This document shows positions 36,015-47,564 of a DNA stretch of 64,000 nt, piece by piece (position 1 is the first letter of the stretch; every line of letters begins with the position of its first letter). Source of the DNA: Amphiscolops sp. MND2022 (taxonomy: Eukaryota). A program made the translations under genes and the position numbers. The notes beneath the pieces are model-generated. The model saw nothing but the letters and a program-made list of their open reading frames with translations. It had not been told where the DNA came from and did not search any database. The stretch covers positions 84,260,001-84,324,000 of the forward strand of contig OZ076409.1 of assembly GCA_964187785.1 (NCBI GenBank). The letters run 5' to 3'.

Positions 36015-39000
36015 ATGTCTTCAAATACAGGTTGGTTTGGGTTCTCAATTCGAACTAGTTTAACTTGATCAAGGTCAAATTTCGTTCATAAGATGCTTCC
36101 TGTTTCCATTGGTGAACACGTGAAAGATCATTTCATCTAAATTCTAAAAACACTTCCGGAAGTTTTCTAATGCGGTAGAATGGATTTTTATCAAGGAAGC
36201 TTACCGCCAAATTTCATATCTTTCTGTTTAGAACCTCAGAATGATGAAGAGCCCCAAATCCAGACTGACACTGTGGCTGACAATCTTGCTGGCACTCCCT
36301 TAATTTCTGCCCCAATTGCTGTACTGAGTACTGTCCCGACGCTCGTCCCGTCTCCTCCTCCATTTCCGCCAATCAGGATTTCTGTTCGGCCAATTCAACA
36401 AGCGGCCGACATTACCCCGGTCAATTCCGACAGCCATATAGAAACCATCGTTTCTAATGATCAACTCGACCACCACGAGGAGGGAGCCCAGGAGCCTCCA
36501 GTAATCGGATTTTCGGGCTCTGACGCAGAAGAGCCAAATGTCTCCCATAGCCAAGATGTCTTGACCGTTGAGCCGAACCCTGGGTTAATACGAGCTAGCA
36601 CTCCGATCTTACATGACCAGACTGGTGCAGGAATGGTTAGTCTTTCCCAGCTTGAGTCCGCCTTGGCAGTTGGATCTCACGTGCAGGCCGATCTTCTTGA
36701 ATTGCACCTGGCTTCTGACGTACCACATGATTCATCACGAGTTTCATTCTTACAATCAGAAGGGGAAGCCTCCTCTTCAGTGTGTGAACCACCCCCTCTC
36801 CCAGGGGGAACGACTCGTGACTACAATGCCGAAGAACTTAGTGATGCCATCCAAACAGGGGAAGGTACTAGTCAGACTGAATGTCCCCTTCTGTACTCCA
36901 CCACTCCCTTCGACAACATTGAGTTGAGCTCCGATGGATGTGAAGATCCCGAGACAACGACCCATGACCCAGGCCAACCCGGGACTTCCAGATCAAGGCC
37001 GCAATTCCCCGATGGGTTCATAAGGGATCTGTCAAGAGGACCCATACACATTTCCCGTTGGGCAGAGAGTGGTAGCCTTCACTGAACCACAAATATACCA
37101 TCTTCTGCGGGTCCTGACAAATGAAGCAATTGACATGACGTGCACTACCATGGAACGAATGGTAATCGGAGCCGTAGCGGGAACTCCGGCTACAGTCCCT
37201 TCTCGGACTGATAAATTCCTGATGCGGACTCGAGCCTCTACTCCTAAACCAAGTGAAGGAACAGGGTCCAGTTCTGAAGGTCTCGTCACCGAGCAAGGTT
37301 CTGGGTCGGAAATCCACAGAGACGCAAGTCTACTCCAGGACGTAAGTGATGTCCCCAACCTAGATGACAGCGATTGTTCCACTGAAATGGCGCTAATTGA
37401 ACAGACCCTCAGAAGGACAACATTTGAATTTGCTCCCCCCATACAACGAAGGGGGCAACCTCAAGATCCACTCGGAGAAGGAACTGAGTCCGTCGGGAAA
37501 AGTAGTCTCGATATCACGCTGTCGGAAGTTCGTGATCAGCTTCCCACTCAAAATACACGTCGGGGAGCCAGCACCCCCAAGTCCACTAGAACCAAGGGAG
37601 TCCGTAGACGGGGAGTCCCCATGCGAGAGGAGTTTTTCTCCAAGATTGGATGGACCAGGTCTTTTATATCAGGCCCCGCTGATCCGCTCCACAACCCGTA
37701 TATGGTATGGTGCCATATGTGTAAAAAGAATTTCTCCATCAAGACAAAGGGCACCGTTGAAGTTCTCCGGCACCACAGGTCGGAAAAACACTTGCGGCGA
37801 GATCAGAGATGGCGCTACGAACACCGCAAGACCACTGACCAAGTGACGGGGAAAGTCCATCACAGAGTACGGGGGAGGAACGGCAAAATCCTCAGCAAGA
37901 TCGAATTGGCACGGGAGTTTCCCAAGTTCAGACATGTCGAACTCATTGATGTCGGGGAAAGGTTTCCTTTCTACGAGGATTACCTGAAAGGAAATACTTC
38001 AGCTCTTGCCGACCCTCAGTCCCGAGCAAAAACTCAGATCTGTCTCGTGGGTGATTTCATCCGAAGATTGGGTGGTTTGTCCGCCCTCCGCAAGCTGTGG
38101 GCCAGTGCTGGGAGTTTCACTGGGTACCAGACATCCTTCCAAGATTTCGACTGGAGTGAAGAACATGTAATGGTAAGTTCATTCGGGCATTCTTATATAT
38201 ACTCGGGGGTTAGGACGGGGGAGATCAAATGAGTAACCTAGTATATTTACCAGGGCAATCTCCATTTCAGGCCATCTTCCAACACGTCTTCAATTGTATG
38301 ATGGAAGACGTCGCTAACCAAGTTGTGGCTTCCCAACACTATGGGATTGAATTTGAAAGAAGAGGTACAAACAGACTCATGACTATTTGCTTCTGGAAGG
38401 GAACTAAATTTTGCCGAGTCTATGTGTGTCGAAGTGGCCTCTCAGGAACCGGGCTCACCGAAGAACTGGGGTCTCTGTCCCGGCTTCTCTCAGTAGTCTC
38501 AACGGCACCCGATATAGTTGCTATCTCAGGATGCCCTGTCGACCTGATTCGGACCGTGGACAAGCACCCATCTTACCCACGAGGCGTCCAAAGCTGTTTC
38601 CGCTTTGAGTCTCTTGACCTGCGAGCCCTAATGCACAAATCCAGCTACAGTGTGTTCGGGCATCTTGACATGTTTGCCGTCTTGCAACGTCTCCTGGTCT
38701 CCCTAGGAGGGTCTCTCACTGAGGACTGGATCTCCGATTCGACTGAGCTAGTCAGGGTAAGTTCATACTCTCCTTCCTTTTCCCAGTCAGGGCCTTCAAC
38801 CTTAGTAAGAAATAGTAGGCAACACTTGTGGCTATCCCAATTCCAAGAGCATCTGATTTAGGCGGTCACGACTTGCAGACTGGAAGAGACAAAGATCCCC
38901 GAGCTATGTCGAGACCTGCTTAAGAATTGGAAGCCAATTTCACGTTATTTGACCGTCCATTCGCGTCGACAAGAGAACCAAGGAGTCCATAATAAGGTTA

Positions 39001-40425
39001 TACATCCTGAATGTTGTTCGTTCTTTCCAAGGAGCTTTACAGTAACTGCCTTCTTTTGTCAGCAATTTCTTGGTCAGAGGTCAAAATTCAGGTTATATTT
39101 ATTCACAGGTTCAGAGTTTTGAGTGGTCTCTCATTATGGACAACTTCTTTGCGGTCAAATTGGAGCTGTTTGAACGACTGGTCACTGATTGTAAGTATTC
39201 CCAATTTGTGAGAGACTACTTTGATTAAGTGTCCTTCTAAGGGTTTTTGGTCTTGTGTTACAGATGTCACCAGCTTCGTCACCAATTTGGCCCAGAGACG
39301 GACGCCTCCTTCTTCCTCTGCGGGGAAGTATGCAGGTTCATCAACCGACTTTGCTTCCGGATTTACCAGCCGGATACTGTACCCCTCGAGAACGCTTGGT
39401 TCCTCCTGATGGACTTTCAGACCAGTGCGGGGAAGTTCATGAGCGACGAAGAATTCCTGATACGCCTTAAGATAGCCAACAAGGTGACTACTGCCAGCAA
39501 TTTGAAGGCCGCCGGCCTACATTTCAACAAGAAATCCAGTAAGGCAGCCATAAGTAAGACAGCCGAAACTGCCCAATCAGACTTTGTGGCAAGTGCCAAA
39601 GAATATGTTAAGTACTTGCTATCCGGGGTTCTTCAACACGCAGGACTCAACTCTGACCTTACCAAGGGACTTGCCGCTTTCGACCCATTTATCTTATTCA
39701 AGAGGCCAGTAGAGGTTGCTCTGCGACATTTTGACCGGTTGTATTCAACCTTTCAACTGCGATCCTGGGTCTCAGCTTCGAATGAGTCGGTGTGCCGAGA
39801 TGAGTACGTGGCTTTGTTGGACCACCTGCGTGCTAATTACTCGTCCGAGTTCAGCTCATCCAGAGAGTCCCCTGACCTTATTGACTTCTTTATGGAATTG
39901 GAGTTCCTACAGTCCCATGAGCACATTTGTTACCTCTTCAAGCTGAGTTGCCTGTGCTTGACTTCTGTCAGTCCTCAATATCCGCCGGTGTTCATGGGGA
40001 AGATTGATACAAGAGGACTCCGATCTCGAGTAGCCGATGTGGTGTTGCCCTGTCAGAGATATTTGTTGGCCGTGCCCGATTCTTTGGCTGTCTGCTGTAC
40101 GGAGTCTAACCTTGGCAAATTCTCCCAGTTATCTGCTTCTTTTGGACAGTCTGGTTTTGCCGCGGATTATGACCCTTGGTCATATGTGGACGAGTTCGGG
40201 CGCTCGGCTCTTTACAAGGCTTTTCTGGCATCTCACCGTTCTGTTCCCTCTGGGTCCGAGGCGTACGTTAAAAGCCCTACTTTCGCTGATACTCCTTCTA
40301 TGTCGGATGCCCCTGCAGTCAGATTGCCAAGTGAAACCAAGCGGAGACGGATGAATAGGAGCAGTTCCCGGTCTAGGACTCCCTCCGTCATTGAGGAATC
40401 TTCAGCTGGTTGTTCTAAAAACTAA
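36015..40425 (+). CDS. Antisense six-exon gene Y of element B: BED-type zinc-finger, hAT-transposase-like protein (~1270 aa; two 1-nt indels in this copy)
   Basis: Exons 36015-36030, 36232-38172, 38271-38756, 38862-38996, 39109-39190, 39264-40425, all with GT-AG introns; WCHMCKKNFSI...RHHRSEKH finger; frameshifts near 37044 and 39287. Confidence 0.75.
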
Positions 40426-40665
40426 ATGTACATATGTATTTATGTACTTTCAAACTGTAAACTTGTTGATTTTTCCGTTATTAATTTATTTTTCTTCGTT
40501 GATTGTTTGATTTCTTGATCCCATATTTATTCGTTTGTGAGGGATCACTGGTTCAATGCCCTGTTATTTATTCTAAAGATACCGCTTTCAGGGCTAAGAG
40601 AAAAAATGAGGGGAAAAGGAAAATGTGAGCAGAGCGTTCTTTTTCGGACGTAATTTACTCTTTCC

Positions 40666-43600
40666 CTAGTATCTGAAGTCTTCTGAGTAGTTCGGATTAG
40701 GGTTAGGCCTGAGATTATATTTCCTTCCTCTAGGGCTCAGACTTTCATTTCTAGCATCGTTTTCAGATATTTCGGGCACGATAATATCATCCCCCCTTTT
40801 TGGAGAATTTTGTGCATCGATTTCAGTTCTAAAATTTTCATCGGGGGAAATTTCTTTATCTCTTAGGCTGTCTGCCGTATCCGGCAAGGATTTTTCATGG
40901 CTTTTTGGGGAAATGGCCGGATTCGGCCAATCAGGTTGTTCATTTCTAGACTGTTCGCTAGCTTCATTTCTTGTAGTGACGTCATCAAATAATCGTTCAT
41001 TCCGGCTATGCGACGCACGATCGGCAAGATTTGATTCATCACTCGTGATTACATAATCCACTTCCTTCTCGTCTGCGTCACTTGTATTCGGTTGTGCCGC
41101 ATTCGGTTGTTCGCCATTCGGCACGCTAGTCGGAATAGTCTCGTTGTCTCGTGTAACTAGCTGCTCGCCAAAATCTGTTTCACACGTTATGACGTATAGG
41201 TCATCTTGCGGAATGACAATTTCTTCGTCTGGCTGCAGACGTTGTTCTCGGAAATTGTCCTCAAGCGGTTGATTGGGGACAAACTTTTTAAGACGGATCC
41301 GATGTAAAATTTGGGTCTTGTTCGTGTTAATTCGTCGTACTATATAGTTTTCATTTGGCAAAACTTTTTGGACTACAAATGGTCCAACCCAACGGTAATC
41401 GCGGAATGGAATTTTTGATCCTTGATTATCCGCTTTCGGCTGTAAGACATAACAGTATTCGTTCTCCTTTAGTGGAGCAGCTTTTGCTTTACGGTCGTAA
41501 AATTCTTTGTACTTGATATACAACTGCATAATGTTCTGCTTCGTTTTGTCAATCAGGATTTTTGTCCGGTTTTGGATTTCTTCAGCAAACTCGGTTGTGG
41601 GGTTGATCTGCTCATTTGGATTATTTCCAAGTTTGTGATCCAAGATATTAAATGGAATTCGTCCGTGGAATACTCTCGTCGGCTCACAACCGATGCTGGC
41701 GTGATAACTAGTATTATGATTCAGTACTGCTAATGGCAAGTATTTGTGCAATTGTCGGCGATATTCCCCATATGCCATTTTGAGATTTGTTTTCAATGAT
41801 GCATGGGTTCGCTCCAATTTCCCAATTGTCTGCGGGTGTTTTGTTGTTGCGCATTTGAGTGTTATGCCCAAAATTTGCCTAATCTCCGCGATAATTGTAG
41901 AAGTAAATGCAGTACCTTTGTCAGTAATGAGAGTCGTTGGTAAGTACGCATGTTTGGTCATGATGTCTATTATTGCCTTTGCTACATTGATCGCTGATGC
42001 GTCCGTAAGGGGATAAACGAAAAAATATCTGGAGAATACATCAATTGCCGTTAGGACATTTTCATACCCTCCACTTGGGGGAAGATTCGGCAATAGGTCG
42101 ATTTGCATGGCGTCTTCAGGACCAAGGTCCCATTCAGGCAAGTTGAGCAGCTCAGGTGTGATCGTTGCGTTAGGGACTCTTTTGTCTCTGGCACATTGTT
42201 CACACCCTTCTACCCACTTTTTGACGTGTTTAGCCATGCTAGGGTAGTAATACTTCTGTCTAATTTCCTGCAACATTTTTGAAATCCCAGGATGTTTTTG
42301 CGCCGTTCCATGAAGAAACTGAAGCAATTCCTGGAGTAGGTGCTGCGGGAGCAGAATTTGATGGTGTTTAACGTTCCCTATTTCATCAAAATATTGCCTT
42401 GTCAGGATTTCGTCCTTTAGTACAATTCGTTCCAGATTGTTTGCATAGTGCCTGTATCGAGCATCCTAGTGCAGTAGATTTTCTGAATACTCTTCATGAA
42501 GCAGTTTTGCTTTCAATTGTTGTAGTGCCGCATCTTTGGATTGCTCGATAATGATCTGGTTCGTTTTCCTCAATCGGACTTGTATATCGGTGTGTTGCTT
42601 GACCAGATTTGTTGACAGAGTTTGTATGGTAACAGTGGACTCATCAGTTGCTGGATTTTTCCTGATTGCTTCTTTCCTTGCCCAATATTGTTCCTCCGTC
42701 TCAACGTCGTCATTGGTGTAGAAGATTTGTTCTTCTTGTGACACCCCTGCGGATTGGACATTGATTTCGATTGGTAGTGTTTGTACATCTTCACGAATTT
42801 TCATCACCAATTTGTCCTTGGGGTCTGTTTCCAATCGGGACAAATAGTCGGCAGCTGTATTTTGTGCCCCCGGGATGTGCGCTATGACAAAATTGAACTG
42901 GATAACATAGTCACATGCGTTCCACAGTGCTTGGAAAAATCGTGTTACAGCTTTGTTGTCCGTAAGGATGATGACCGGTTTCGGCGCACCCCAAAAGATA
43001 TGTCCGAATTCTTTGAATGCAAAATAAATTGCAAGAAATTCTTTAGCATAAATTGACATCTTGATCTGTGCTGGGGTGAAAGTTTTTGATCCATATGCGA
43101 CCGGTGCATACGATTTTCTGAGTGATGTGAATTTCTGGCTTGGGTCGTCTTCAATTAGGACCGCGTACCCGGCTGCACCAAAACTTGCATCAGTCATTAG
43201 TGCTATTTGCTTGTTCGGAATGGGTTGCTGTAGGGCCAAGTCGCAACATTTGTCTAGTGCTTTGTTGATTTCTTCGAATTGCTGGACTAATTCTTTCGAT
43301 ACTAGGACTTTTTCGTCACTTTTCAGCATCTTGTAGAATGGGGCAAGGCGTTCGGAGAGTCTTGGGACATAATTCCTGTAGTAGTTTAGGAATCCCAAAT
43401 ATCGTTGTAAAGCCTTTTTCGACTTCGGGAAATTGGTCGTTTCCAGAAAGTTTTGCACGTTCTGTTTCTGGGGTTTAACGCCTTGTGGGGTAAAAGTCCG
43501 TCCAAGAAAATCAATTTCTTTTGCACCGAAGTGGCATTTGTGCATTGTTAATTTAAGGCCTGCTTACTGAATGCATTTGAACGTAGCTCTCAGGTTTGCT

Positions 43601-45860
43601 AGGAGGTGGTCAGCATCATTGGCTGCGATGCCGATATCGTCCACATACTGGGCACACTGATCCGCTTTTATGACTTTGTCAAGGTATTCCCTCATAAAGC
43701 TTGAAAATGCGGATAGTGACCGACTAAGGCCTTGTGCTAGACGTCTGTAGGCAAATGTGCGACTGGCAAAATTGAAAGCCAACATTTCGATTGAACGTTG
43801 GTCAGCCATCGGCAGGCAGTGGTATGCCTGCGAGCAGTCTAATTTACAGAACAGTTTTTTGCCTGCCAAATGTTGGGCGGCATCAACTAGTGTACTAACG
43901 GGGTGATTATTATTGATATAATCATCCGAAATGAGGTTGTTGATTTTTCTCAAGTCAACCAAGAGTCGAAGTTTCCCATTCGGTTTCTTTTGTGCGAATA
44001 TTGGACTCGCATATTTCGAGAATGGTAGAGTAGTGATTATGCCATATTTGTGTAACATGGCTAGTTCGACTAGGATGTCCTCCTTCAGGTTGATAGGAGC
44101 TGGAAGGCTTTGACTATAGGCTGGGGAATCGTCCTTAGGCGTCAGTTTCACCTTGAATTCCTCGTTCATGCCTATATCAAATCGGTGTCGGGCAAAGATG
44201 TCATGGAATTCCACTAACAATTCCTCAAATTTCTCCTTCTCTTCAGGAGTAAGGGTGGATTCTTTCCAGTCAAAGTTTCTTAAGAATTTTGCACGCGATT
44301 CTTCATCTGTGGTGGGGTCGAGTGTCTCCAGGTCCTGTAAGGCCTGTAACTCGCGTAGGATTCGTTTTTGTATGGGTGTGTGTTCCTCAGGATTTCCGGG
44401 GTTTTCTGGAGTTGGGAACCAATAATTTTCGGAGTTTTGTGGATTTCTATTGGTTTTGATGAGACTGCTGACATAATGGGCTGCTTGCTCCTGGTCGTTC
44501 TGCAAAAGGTGCCAGGTTGATGCCGGATCTACCGGTTTGACGTACTTCATCTGTTCTGGTGTCATGACGGAGAAATTGGCAATATGTAGTCCCTTTTTGA
44601 GTTTATAGGGGTGGTCTGTGAAATTGTTCACTGGTATCAATATATTGCCATCATTCAGAGTGACCAAGGCTGGGCAGAATGTGATGTCGCCTTCTTCATG
44701 TAGAAGGTCGCTCGGTTGCAAAATCCCAGTGACAGCATTTTCAGAGTATAGTAAGGAATTAGTTCGAATTAGGACTCTGTCATTTGGCGGAATGGTTATT
44801 TCAGCAGGGTTGAGGATTGGTTCAAGTACGTTTGAGTACTTATGGTCAGCTGTTTTGAGTTGCATTGAAAAGAACGGGAAATTCAAAATTCCTTGTCTCA
44901 TGTCCAGTACTGTATGATTTCGTTGAAGGAACATTAGTCCAATGATCTGTCCCGTTAGATTCTCCATTACTATGAAGATTTCATGGAACTCAATGTCACC
45001 AACTTCAAATTTGAGCTCTATGGTACTCTTGGGAGTTTCCAATTGGCCATTTGCGACCATTATTTGAAAATTCGGAGGCGGACCTTCCCGGATAACTGAT
45101 TGTGGTGATAGAAGTCGGATTTTCCGGAGGTCCATTTCAGGAATTGCACTGGAAAGTGCTCCAGTGTCAATTAGGCCGTCTATGGTTAGTTCCCCAAAGT
45201 CCATCGGGAAATACAACATTCGCTTCTTGCATTTGAGGTTGATACTGGTCGAAAGTGGTATACAGTCTGGTTGACCCTCTTTGGTAATGAGGATATTTTG
45301 GAATTGTTTCTCGTCCAATAGTGATTGTGGAATTGGTTCTGTACTGGCTTCGTTAGTTTCGGTTCCCAAAGGGTTCCGGAATACTGGATGGTTAGTACCA
45401 TCATTCATTTGCCAGTTTTCGATTAGTGCTCTGGTTTTCTTGTTGTGGGTTATCGGGGGATTTTCATGGACTGTGGTTTGGTAATGGGCTATATCATCCA
45501 GGACGTATTGGAATTGTAGTAGGTCCTGGTTGTAAATCTCAATGTCCCAATAGGGATCTCTGCCGTAATCTGGGTCGATGTACGTTGGATTGTAATCATC
45601 GATCAAGGGAATGGGCCTGAATCGGATTGTAAAGGTGGTTGTGTAGTCAGGATCCCAAACAGGAATTGGTTTTTGGAACAGATGGGTATTATTATAGGTA
45701 ATAATGTTGGCCTTCTCCATCTGCTGCTGCCAGACAACAGAGGGGTAACCCATCAATTGTTGTTGATATTCATGGAAAGTTTTTGTTGGAGGATCCTACC
45801 TGATATATTGACGGACGGATATTAGTTGGTTGTATTGGAGTCGTGGCGAAGTTAGTTTTT
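40666..45860 (-). pseudogene. pol: pol of element B, single frame with in-frame stops at 45796-98, 43564-66 and 42466-68
   Basis: PR LIDTGA; RT YVDD; RNase H TDAS/KEFLAI/TDNK; integrase HGTAQKH...CEQC, IDLL/TDKG/ERTH and WVGPF. Confidence 0.93.
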
Positions 45861-47564
45861 TGACTCATCTTTGTTTGATGAGGATTGGGTATTGGAGGAC
45901 GTTGGTTTGTTGTGGGCTTTAGGTGCCTTAGAGTCAAGGTCAGTGTCTGAAGAGTCTTCAGGTCTGGTTTGTTTGGGTTTCAAGTGAGCACCTGTTCCCT
46001 GCCAACATCTCTCCTCTGGATGGTTTTTCTTGCCACAAGTCCCGCACTTAGGGTACGTTTTCTTCTCTGTCAGTTTGCCTTGTTGGGCATCTTTCTCTTT
46101 CTTCTTTTTGAGTTTTTCACAGTCTTTGACCATGTGGCCGTTTTCCTGGCAATAGTTGCAAGTTATGTCCGACATTTGCCCAGTGGAAAGAGGGGATTTA
46201 GTCTTAGAAGATGAGGAGGTTATTGTTGCCATGGGTAGGTCGTCTGACTCCTCAAGGGCGTTAAGCTCTAATTCCCTCTCCAAATGAGCAACTATTTCGT
46301 CGTATGAGCCATTTTCTAATCTGGCCATGTTGACTGATTGCTTGAGCTTTGGAGGCAGTTTTGCGTACAATAGACTGTCAATCATTTTTTGTGCATGGTC
46401 GCCAAATGCTTTTTCGGCCCCTTGATTGAGTTCCTCAAGGAAATCCGGTAGCTTCATCGTATTGGGATCAAAGACCAAGCGGTGCCATTTATGCTTGGCA
46501 GTCGCTTGTGACTCGGGTTTGACGTATTTCCGTCGGAAAATGACTAAGACGTCTTCAAGATTCTGTCGGTTGGTCGAGTTAATAATTCTGAACGTCTGAA
46601 GAGCATTCTTCCTCAGGAGCGAATGAAAATGATTAATTTTCATCTGTTCAGTCATTTCTGGCTGCATCTTGATCATGGTATGAAACAGATCTTCGAACAG
46701 CTCAAATTTCTCACTTTTGCCATCAAAGGTCATGGTATTTGAGTTGACCGGGCGTATGGTGAGTTGCTGGGCTGCTGGTCGATTCTGCATGTTCGTCAAG
46801 ACGTCTGCCAGTCTGGTAATTGGATCAGGTTCAACAACCGTGGCGAGTTTTTCTTGTGCTGGGATCGTCGTGTCAAGGTTGATGTCCTCGTAGGACTGGT
46901 CGAGGTGGTTTCGTGATAGAATCCGTCCCGTGAGAAACTCAGGAACTTGATTTGGAAATTCGTTGTCTCCTGTCACCATGTCGTAAGCATTTGACTCTAC
47001 TACGCCATCATTTTGGCGGTTACAATTAGGCTTACTAGTTGAACTGTCTTTAGGGTTACTATATTGCAGTCCTTCGGGATTTACTTCCGGTCTCTCGGAC
47101 GAAACGTTCCATCTATTCTGAGTCGAGTGACCCGATCCGGCACTTAGAGCAGATTGAATCTGGGGCAATACCTGATTGCTAATTGCGTCGCTAATTGCCT
47201 TTTGAATTTGGGAATTGACACTACACATCATATCATCGAGTTCTCTCGACAGCCTCGAGTTCAACTCGCTTGACAATTTGTTAATTTCAGCACTAGAATT
47301 ACCTTCTGTTGAAATCTGGCCATAATCGGCATTATAACTAGGACCTGTGTCCCTTATGGCTGAGTACCTGTTTCCACCATTATTCTCTAATTCATCTGCA
47401 GAAGTACTGCCAGGCCTTCTGCCAAAATTGCTACTTACACTTTCATCTCTCTCATTTCTATTGAAATGGTTTTCCCCTAACATAATATCAAGGTTTTCAA
47501 AGTCAGACAGCATTTCTATTCCTCTTGACTTTCTAGCCTTTTTCTGTCTCCTTGTAGTAGGCAT
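45852..47564 (-). CDS. gag: gag of element B (570 aa), two CCHC zinc knuckles
   Basis: CNYCQENGHMVKDC and CGTCGKKNHPEERC; intact ORF that begins inside the 5' LTR. Confidence 0.92.
   Translation of the reverse strand: MPTTRRQKKARKSRGIEMLSDFENLDIMLGENHFNRNERDESVSSNFGRRPGSTSADELENNGGNRYSAIRDTGPSYNADYGQISTEGNSSAEINKLSSELNSRLSRELDDMMCSVNSQIQKAISDAISNQVLPQIQSALSAGSGHSTQNRWNVSSERPEVNPEGLQYSNPKDSSTSKPNCNRQNDGVVESNAYDMVTGDNEFPNQVPEFLTGRILSRNHLDQSYEDINLDTTIPAQEKLATVVEPDPITRLADVLTNMQNRPAAQQLTIRPVNSNTMTFDGKSEKFELFEDLFHTMIKMQPEMTEQMKINHFHSLLRKNALQTFRIINSTNRQNLEDVLVIFRRKYVKPESQATAKHKWHRLVFDPNTMKLPDFLEELNQGAEKAFGDHAQKMIDSLLYAKLPPKLKQSVNMARLENGSYDEIVAHLERELELNALEESDDLPMATITSSSSKTKSPLSTGQMSDITCNYCQENGHMVKDCEKLKKKKEKDAQQGKLTEKKTYPKCGTCGKKNHPEERCWQGTGAHLKPKQTRPEDSSDTDLDSKAPKAHNKPTSSNTQSSSNKDESKN
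45855..45861 (-). promoter_or_regulatory. Putative -1 ribosomal frameshift heptamer A AAA AAC
   Basis: Immediately precedes the gag TAA; the -1 frame is the pol frame. Confidence 0.75.
46967..46978 (-). promoter_or_regulatory. Primer binding site embedded in the gag reading frame (tRNA-Leu-like)
   Basis: TGGTGACAGGAG abuts the LTR CA; one mismatch from a tRNA-Leu-type PBS TGGTGTCAGGAG. Confidence 0.6.

Noticed and set aside
34293..40425. env gene in the position after pol
   Set aside because: No evident signal peptide or transmembrane anchor; the larger gene is antisense and has nuclear-protein features.
35100..40660. Gene Y as an independently inserted hAT DNA transposon
   Set aside because: I found no TIR pair or 8-bp TSD by eye and catalytic motifs look lost; not fully excluded without comparing other copies.
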